Below are positions 52,570 through 64,000 of a stretch of 64,000 nucleotides of DNA, one piece after another. Made by a program: the position numbers and the translations under genes. The stretch is from Octopus sinensis. Taxonomy: Eukaryota. The stretch lies in contig NC_043007.1 in assembly GCF_006345805.1 (NCBI RefSeq), forward strand, positions 62,744,001-62,808,000. Direction: 5' to 3'. The notes beneath the pieces are model-generated. The model saw nothing but the letters and a program-made list of their open reading frames with translations, made no database searches and had not been told where the DNA came from. How positions within the stretch are numbered: the first letter of the stretch is position 1; every line of letters starts with the position of its first letter.

Positions 52570-53676
52570 TGTGTGTATGTGCATGCGCGTGTGTGTGTAT
52601 GAGAGAGAGAGAGATGGACTTCCACAAGTTTGTGCTCACCAAATTCTCGTAAAAAGCATCAGTCAGCTCTGGGGCACAACCTAAAAATGTGGAGGTAAAG
52701 CAAATGCTTTAACAACTCAGCCAAACCTGTGTCTTCATAACCACACTACTATGACTAATAAGGAGTTTAATTCAAATCCAACTTATTAGTGTGTGAAGAT
52801 AATAGAAGAATTGGTATAAATGATTGTTCTGAATATGTTTTTAATGACAAGTTTTTTATTATTTTATTGCTTAAATATCTTTGGCTTGGATAAACTTATT
52901 AAAAATGTTGAATCAATTAGAACAGAAACAGGTGAATCAATGTACACTTGAATATTGTGTATACAAGTGTGTGATCATGGGTGAATATTTGTAGGTAGTG
53001 TGTGTGAATAGGTGTGTTGTCTATGTGTGAATAGATGCATGTGTGTGTGTTAGTGTGTATGTGTGTGTGTGTGTGTATGTGTGAGAGAGAGAGAGAGAGA
53101 GAATATGTCTTACAATACAGACATGCAAACATTTGTCTGGTTCTCACAACTAAAGGTATATTGTACTTTTCTCTATATCTTTACAGCTTCAAAACTAATT
53201 ACTTTCTAAGCCAGAGTATTGGCAGAATCATTAGAGTATTGGACAAAATACCTTGCTATATTGACTTGTGGCATTTCATGTTCTGGTTTCATATCTCACT
53301 ATGGTTCACTTTGTCTCTTATCTTTACAAGGCTGATAAAAATGATGCACCAGTCATATACTGGGGTTAATTTCATCGAGTAAGGCCTTCCCAACAAATTT
53401 CTGGCCTTGTAACAGAAACACCATCCTTATCATCACAACCATTTTAACTTCCACATTTTCATACTTGCAGGGGTCAGATAGAATTCATCAAGGCAGATTT
53501 TCTACAGCTGGATGCCCTTCCTGTCATCCACCATAAACCTGTTTCCAATCAAGTTAATATTTCCTCGTGGTCAGACATGTTTTCATGCATATGATGAACA
53601 ACACAACTTATTGGATGGGGAAGCTTGTTTTACATCTCTTGTGCAATATCAAGACAAGAAGACATTAACATACTCA

Positions 53677-53710
<34 letters not shown>

Positions 53711-53921
53711 TACAAGCATAGATACACAGATACATGCATATATATGTATAAACACACACAAGAAAAGAGAATTCCTTTAGTTTCTATCTCCCAAATCTAC
53801 TCACAAGGCCATAACCCAGGGTTATAGCAGAAGACACTTATCAAAAGTAATGTGCAGTGGGAGTGAACCCAAAACTACATAGATGAGAAGCAAGCTTCTT
53901 AACTATGCAGCCATGCCTCTG

Positions 53922-56322
<2,401 letters not shown>

Positions 56323-56339
56323 TATCTATCTATATATAT

Positions 56340-56369
<30 letters not shown>

Positions 56370-56370
<1 letters not shown>

Positions 56371-56788
56371 GTGTACATATCACACCACAGCTGCATCCTT
56401 GTTACATGAGAAAAGCCATTGCCAAGAAGACTTACTGAAATGATTCATGATTGTTGCCATATGATGCCTTTATATGATTTTTAAGCCCAGCCAAGCTTTT
56501 ACACATCTTATTACATACTAGACAACTGTGCTGGCTGGCAGAAGAAACATGTGCCACCATATGCACTCTCTTAACATGTCTTGTTAGACCTCCAACTGAG
56601 AGGCACAATCTTCCACATTTTACGCACGTTCTGTTTATCATGTGTTGATTTCTATAAGTATTTTGATGGTTCACCAGGCCTACATGACCCAAACACCCCC
56701 GCCCACAAACCACACACATAAAAAACAACACTCTCTCACTTTCCATAGGTTCCCCGCTTCTAAGCCCCCTCCTAATTCTCTCATACTC

Positions 56789-56864
<76 letters not shown>

Positions 56865-58234
56865 CCTTGAACAACCATCATGCACTATGTTCCTCCATCC
56901 ATCATGGTCTTGTGCCCCCCTCTCCCAATTACCAGTTGCAATTCCTGTCTGTATTAGAGCATTTTTAAGGTAATCCTTAAACCTTAGTTTAGACTTATGC
57001 ACTAGTCTCTTGCCATCTTCCAACTCACCATACAATAGCTGCTTGGGCAGTTACTCATCACTCATCCTTACCAAATGTCCCCACCACCTGAATCATCTTT
57101 GCAAAATCATTGACTCTATACTTCTACTGTCACTCCTCTCAAGCACCTCCACATTACTAATGGCCATTTTCCAGTTTATCCCCCAAATTTTTCTTAGACA
57201 GTATTGATGAAATCGTTCCAATTGCCTTACCTGCCTACAGTAAACAACCCATGCCTCACTTCCATATAGCAAAGATGGGAGGACGCATAGTTATATACCT
57301 TAACTTTAATTTGTGAAGATATATTATGTTGTTTCCAGAGATGCCTATCAAGCCTATCAAAAGCACTACTAGCCCTCCTGATTCTGTATGAAATTTCATC
57401 ACCGAGACCAGCAGTGCTCAAGGTACTTCCTAAATAAATAAATCTAGGTACAGTCTCTAACTTTTGACCATTCACTGTTATAAAAGGTTCCACATACATC
57501 TTGGAGGGAGCGGGCTGGTACATTATAGCAGTTTTTTAGATTAATTGTTAGACCCATTGCTGCACATACTGCAGAAATTGCATTCACCATGTGCTGCATA
57601 TCTTTCTGAGAATGTGCCAACAGGTCACAATCATCTGCATACAGAAACTCAACAAGGTGAGAATGCAGAACTTGCATTTTGGCACAGAGTCTTTTGAGAT
57701 TGAACAGTTTTCCTGTTGTTCTATATCTTACATAAACCCCTTCGTGGCAATCTGTAAAAGCTATTTGAAAGACTATTGTGAAATATATAGCAAACAGTGT
57801 AGGAGCAGGAATATCACCTTGCTTTACACCATTTTCTACAGAAATTGGATCTGATAAGGTACTTCCAACATTAACTCTTACTTCCATCTTGTCATGAAAT
57901 TGTCTAAGCATTCTCACAAATTTTTCAGGGCATTCTAGATTTTTAGGATCTTCCAAAGTGCAATTCTATTGATAGAATCAAACACTTTTGTTAGGTCAAT
58001 GAAAACCTGGTATAAATCCATATCCTGTTCGATGCACTTCTCTTGCCACTGTCTAGCCAAAAATATATCCATAGTGCTCCTACTATCCCTAAACCCACAT
58101 TGTGATTCTGGTAGAACCTCATCAGTAATGTGCAGAAGCAATCTATCTAGCATTATCCTACAGAGGACCTTTCCAGCAACAGCTAACAGACAGATGCCGC
58201 GATAATTATTACAGACATCCTGTCTTAATAACAC
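56370..58234 (-). mobile_element. RTE (BovB-like) LINE, 5'-truncated, with C-terminal C2H2-like fingers
   Basis: NYRGICLL, PESQCGFR, FIDLTKVFDSINR, GVKQGDIPAPTLF, EFLYADDCDL, FIYLGSTLS, LLYGSE and RWWGHLVRM. Multiple frameshifts. Confidence 0.9.
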
Positions 58235-58235
58235 A

Positions 58236-59137
58236 ACAAATCACAAAGATATGAGTGATATTTACCTTGGTGGACATGCAATGAGATATCTAGAACAAAA
58301 CCCCATCGTTGGTGACTCAGCTAGATTCAAAACTGATTGGAAAAATTTTTTGATAGAATTATGCTCTCAAATAAAAATGTGCTTTCCTCTCTATGAAGCT
58401 GGAGTGTTTGCCCTCTTAGAAATACTTGATCTAAAAGTAGCGCACTATCTAACTAATTCTCCTTAGTCAATAATTCTCTTGGCATCAAACTTTCCAGCAA
58501 TTGCACCAGAAAACATGCTTGATTAACTAGATGATGAGTGAAGATTATTTCAGCAATATAAAGATATTCCTGTTTCCTCAAAAAGTATCCCTGACTTCTG
58601 GTATTCCATACACAATCTTAAAGATGGGCTTGACCATTCTAAATTTGAGAGGCTGTCACAATTCATGACTAATTTAATGGTGTTACTTCATTCATCAGCA
58701 TGCATGGAGCGCATATTATCCTAAGTTAATTGCATAAAGACAAAGTTCACTAATAGGTTGAAGGCTGAAATGATCACTGATTGTCTTCTCGTTAAACAAG
58801 CAATTACAAGAAAGGGAGCATCATGCATTTCTTGGAGGCCGAATCCTAAACTTATTAAAGATGTAGTGGATGAGTCTTGTCATCGTAGATATACGAGTAG
58901 ATTGAACTTTAAAAAGGTAGGAGTGAATGAAGATGATGTGGATGTATACAAAATTAACAATTAGCTGCTATATGATATTAAGTATTAAATTCTGTATTCA
59001 TTTTGTCATATAACATATTTTATCATTTAATTACCAATTATATACCTATTTTCTAACATCTGGGTTTATAAAATAGGATCTGGGCTTTTTGCAGCAAATA
59101 ATCTGGGTGTTTTAATATTTGATGAGTGGCAACCCTG
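58236..59137 (+). mobile_element. hAT transposase C-terminal remnant with 3' TIR
   Basis: DFWYSI...KFERLSQF...VLLHSSACMERILS*VNCIKTKFTNRL (hAT dimerisation-type motif). TGGCAACCCTG at 59127-59137 is the reverse complement of a CAGGGTTGCCA TIR; ATCTGGG subterminal repeats occur three times. Confidence 0.75.
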
Positions 59138-59199
59138 CTCATGGCAAGTCAACCACAAATCCCTGTTTTTGGAAACAATAAATTAGACAAATAATTGCA

Positions 59200-59437
59200 G
59201 AGTTAGTGGGCAGGTTCCTTACTCTGTAATGGTGCATGTATATTCTTTGTGTGCATGCAATAGACTGTCATTTTCAAAATAAAATTCTACAATTTTAGCT
59301 TGATAGGCTGTGCATATTTCTCCATAACAAATTTCCAAAGGTTCATATTTCAATATCCAAAACACAAGAAAAATTATAATTATTAGCAGAATTGTTTTGA
59401 ATTTCATAAATAGAAGCACAACTTCTGGGCCACCCTG
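59200..59437 (-). mobile_element. Tc1/mariner (DUF4817-type N-terminus) 5' fragment
   Basis: TA-CAGGGTGGCCCA TIR-like start at 59439-59426, followed by TAYQAKIVEFYFEND, which resembles the YT..QR..IVE.YF.N N-terminal HTH. Confidence 0.55.
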
Positions 59438-62067
59438 TATATTTAACTAGTTTTAGTCATTAGACTGCAGCCATGCTGGAGCACCACCTTGAATGGTTTA
59501 GTCAAGCAAATCAACTTCAAAACTTATTTTTAAGTTTGATCCTTATTCTATCAGTCTCTTTTACTGACCTGCTAGGTTATGGGAATGTAAACAAAGCAAC
59601 ACTGGTAGTCAAGTGGTGATGGATAAATAAAACACAAACACAAACACACACACATACACACACACACACGCGCACACACACACACACACAGATACATAAC
59701 AGGCTTCTTTCAGTTCCCATCTAGCAATCTACCAAATCCACTCACAAGGCTTTGGTTGGCTCAGGGTTATTGTAAAAGACACTTGCTCAAGGCACTACTC
59801 AGTGGGTCTGAACCCAGAACTATGTGGTTGGGAAGCAAGCTTCTTACCACACAGCTACATGGATACATACATGCATACATACATACATACATACATACAT
59901 ACACACATACATACATACACACATACATACATGTGTTATATGTATATAGTTATTCTATGCTAATGTGGATTGAACAGGTTTGCAAATTTGGATAATTTAG
60001 CATGTGTATGCATGCGCATATATATATAGAGAGAAAGAGACAGATAGGCAAACAGACAGAAGTGGGACAGAGAATGTTATTTACATAATTTGAATGAATC
60101 TTATTAATACTGACTATTCAAGCAGGAAACAAGAATTGTATCTATTATAACAGGAGCCAAAAATAAGTAAAAGAAGAAAAAAATCACAATTCATGATATC
60201 ATTTTTTCTATATCATTTCTTCTATTATATTCATAATATTCTTATTAATTTATACTATATGGAATCCATATTTTAGAATTAAAATCAATATTGAATTATT
60301 AATACATTAAAATATAATACCAAATTATTATATAATTAAATGATTGATTAGCACAAAACGAGAAATTTTTGTATGGAATATTGTTGATTTTACTGGCTCC
60401 AGTATAAGTCTAAGAATTATTTTACAAAACCTTAAGGAATTGAAAGCAAGTTAGATCCAATGGGATTTGAACTCAGAAAGCAGAAGACAGAATTAAATAC
60501 TGTAAGGCGTTAAGTCTCTGGAGCATAATTATTCCTACCAATCTACTGCCTTAATATTAAGTATTATTGATTCACATTGGTGTAAAGCAACAATTTGTAG
60601 GAAAGAAATGTAGCCAATTGACTGGTACTTATTTAAGCCATTCCAGAGAGAGAAAAGGGAAAAAGAGGAGAAAAAAAAAATCAAACCTAGTGGGATTAGA
60701 ACTCAGAAATCATGGAGAGTGATAAATTTAACATTTGTAAGATATTTAGTCCACTGCTCTACCATTTCTGCTACTAAACAACATCGATATTGATTTTTAA
60801 CATAAGCATAAACAACAAAAATTTTGCGAGCGGAGGAGGGCCTATTTTAATATACTTCCTTTTTGCTTTTATTTGTTTATTAATTAAAAAATATGTTTAT
60901 AAAGTCGATTTAGTTATATGAAAAGAAAGGGTTTATGTATTTCATTTAAATTAGTTGAGAAGGTATTTTATTTTGTTTGGATAGCATACTTGTTAATTAC
61001 CTCTGCTCTCTAGCATTTGCAGAAATAAATTTTGGGTGAAGTGAACAGATGATTGTCTTGATGGTCGTTTTTAAATGAAAAATGAAAGGAAAATTTGACT
61101 TTGGCAGGATTTAAACTCAGAATGTGAAGGGATGCTACACAATGCTATAAAGCATTTTATTTGTCACTGTAACAATTCAAATTAATATTAAATTATGTTA
61201 TTAATCTAGCACTGCGAGAGGTTACAGTCAAGAGAATTAACTGCTGGTACTTCAGTGGTACTTTATTTTATCAATGTCTGAAAGGATGAAAAGCAAAGTT
61301 GACCTTGACAGGATTTGAACTCAGAATGTAGAAGTAAATAATTAAACATCACAAGACATTGTGTATAATGTTCTAACAAGTCTATCAATACAAGCACCAC
61401 CAAATCAGAGATTTATATGTCAAGGTCAAATCAACCTGATGTAGCATATCACTTTACAGGCTATTGAAGCAAGAATCACTAATAAAGGAAGACATTTATA
61501 TATATAAATGGCGAACTTCTGCTGACTCTTTTGCCACAACTTTCTCTCACTCTTTCCTCTTGCATCTTGCAGCTCACCCGCAACAGACCGGCATCCCGTC
61601 CAGGTGGGGAACCTAAATGCCAAGGAAACCGGCCCTATGAGCCAGGCATGGCTTGAGAAGGAACAAACAACGATGCATACATACATACATACATACATAC
61701 ATACATACATACATACATACATACATACATGTGTGTGTGTTTATCTATATAAGGCAAGCTGGCAGAATCGTTGGAAAAATGCTCAGCGTCATTTCATCCA
61801 TCTATGCAATCTCAGTTCAAATTCTGCCATGGTCAACTTTACCTTTTGTCCTTCCAGGGTCAATAAAATAAGTACCTGTCAAGCACTGGAGTCAATGTAA
61901 TCAACTTATCCCCTCCTCTAAAATTGATGACCTTGAGTCAAAGTTTGAAACTTATATATGTATGTATGTATATTTGTATGTTTGTATGCAGATAAACAAA
62001 TTAGATACATTAAATATATTAAATGTGTGTATATATAGCTCAATGAATGTATATGTTTATATATATG

Positions 62068-63297
62068 TTTGTATGTAGTCCAGTGGCTAAAGTTTAGGTT
62101 GTCAGTTGTGTAGATTCTTCATGATAAGTAGCAGAATGAGTTTTGTGTCTGAATAGTTATTTGTGTATGCACTCTGTTAAAGTTTGTTACGTCTTGGTTT
62201 GTAGTTTTGTATGAGAGTATATTTTTGTTTATCCGTACTTCATCTGTGGTATTCACTGAACATAGGTAGAATGGGAACACCTGGAATTTGGGGGACTTAT
62301 TTTTTGCCCGTATGTCTATGTGTCCACTCAGTAGAATCTGTCTAGTACTGGAGTTTTTTATTTGTTGTTGGTTATTGGTTAGTCTATTTCTCAGAGTAAG
62401 CTTTGTTTGACCTATGTGCTCTTTATTACATCTTTGACTTTTGAAGGCGTATATTAAATTCCTTGGAGAATATGTAAAGTGATTTTTTATGGCAAAAATC
62501 TGTCCTGATTTGAATTTGTATGTTGTGTCTTCAATAAATTGATTCAGGTGCCACAATTGGGGTGGCTACACTTTTAGACTGTTGGTGTAGGAATTGCAGA
62601 AGGTAATTTAGCACCTGTAAGGACATTTTTGAGGGACTTTAATTGTTTTTTACTTTTGATTATTTTGTGTATTGTGAATGCTTGTTTTAGTAGCAGGATG
62701 TTCTGGTGGATAATATTGTAAACCTCTATGTTTCTTGGGTTGTGTGTTGTAATAAAGTGTAGAGTACTGGATGTATCTTGAGTGTTTTTCGTTTATCGTA
62801 GTTCTTCAATATTTATTGCTTTGGCACGTTCTATTCCATTGTCTATTAACGTTAATGGATATTATCTTTTAAGTATTATTTGCTTTAGTTCCTGGAGTCT
62901 TTTAATGTGAGTTTCAGGGTTTGAGACAATTGTGCAGATTCTTCTTGCTAGATTAAAGGAGATATTATTCCTTGTGTGTTTGGGATGGCATAAAGAGAAC
63001 AGTAAATGTTGTTTAAAATCTGCTTGTTTGTATCAAATATCTGTTTCAATCTTTTTATCTCTATTGTTGATTAGTATATCTAGGAATGGTAGTTGAGTTT
63101 TTCTGTATTCCATGGTAAAGTTAATATTATTTTTTATGCTGTTGATTAGATTTTTGAAATCTATAAGTTGTTCAAATGTGTGCATCCATAAGATTAGACA
63201 GTCATCTAAATAATGTTTCCAGTTTTCTAGTAGCTATTTGTGGAAGTTCAAGCCATATATTAATTTAGATTGTTCATTTATATGCACCTCCATGTAT
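62068..63297 (-). mobile_element. Penelope-like element (RT C-terminus, thumb and GIY-YIG), decayed
   Basis: INFTME...LPFLDI, HPKHTRNNISFNLARRIC and RNLIYAFKSQRCNKEHIGQT. Confidence 0.85.
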
Positions 63298-63748
63298 GCC
63301 TCAAATCAGAACAGATTTTTACCATAAAAAATCACTTTACATGTTCATTAAGGAATTTAATATATGCTATCAAATGTCAAGGATGTAATGAAGCTCACAT
63401 ACATCAAACAAAGCTTACTCTATGAAATAGACTGACCATTCACCAACAACAAATATGAGACCCCAGTACCAGGCAGATTTCACTGAGTGGACACATAGAC
63501 ATATGTGCAAAAAATAAGTCCCCCAAATTCCAGGTGTTCCCACTCTACCTATGTTCAGCGAATACCACAATTGAAGCATGGATAAACAAAGAAAATACTT
63601 TCATACAAAACTACAAACCAAGGCTTAACAAACTTTAACAGAGTACATACACAAATAACTATTCACACACAAAACTCATTCTGCCACTTATCATGAAGAA
63701 TCTACACAACTGACAACCTAAACTTTAGCCACTGGACTACATACAAAC
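63298..63748 (+). mobile_element. inverted duplicate of the Penelope 3' end (GIY-YIG and terminus)
   Basis: Reverse-complement match to ~62068-62515, e.g. AAAAATAAGTCCCCCAAATTCCAGGTGTTCCCA and TTATCATGAAGAATCTACACAACTGACAACCTAAACTTTAGCCACTGGACTACATACAAACA. Confidence 0.85.
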
Positions 63749-64000
63749 AACTCCTGTCCACTCTCACACCAGACAGATTAAATTTCGAGTGCCTTGAGAA
63801 TAACTAGACATGTTCACTCACCTGTGTCAGCCTTCTTTTTAGGCACAAAATATACTGTTATGTGACACTAATGCACGGATGTAGCAGGGAATGTACAAAA
63901 GGTTATAAACTTAATCATTTGTTCATTCTCTACAAACACTTGACTGAAAACATTCAGAGCATTGATTTCTTTGGACATGTTCATTCAACCGTGTCAGCCT

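Overview
AT-rich, microsatellite-dense animal genomic DNA. The SINE and LINE families suggest a cephalopod, probably Octopus; this is an inference. No intact host gene is evident; the window is mostly nested, decayed mobile elements. Non-LTR retroelements: R4/Dong-like RLE LINEs (2), CR1 (2), RTE (3 fragments, one with three C-terminal C2H2-like fingers), two near-identical Tx1/L1-clade copies embedded in (TATC)n, and three Penelope-like fragments. DNA transposon remnants: two mariner, one DUF4817-type Tc1/mariner, hAT and Merlin/ISXO2-like. At least four SINE families are present. A few low-confidence minus-strand exons may belong to a host gene. Highlights: (1) a 1.46-kb TSD-flanked ORF1-only retroelement with a zinc knuckle and no RT, inserted in a tRNA-SINE head; (2) a 3' stem-loop plus AATAAAGAAA(T/C)A-type end shared by that element, the Tx1 LINE and one SINE subfamily, suggesting a Tx1-driven three-member system; (3) apparent (TATC)n targeting by the Tx1 LINE; (4) several minimal type I hammerhead ribozyme motifs, one with an intact core, mostly in short elements between (TA)n tracts. 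All assignments are by-eye motif recognition; no database searches were run.
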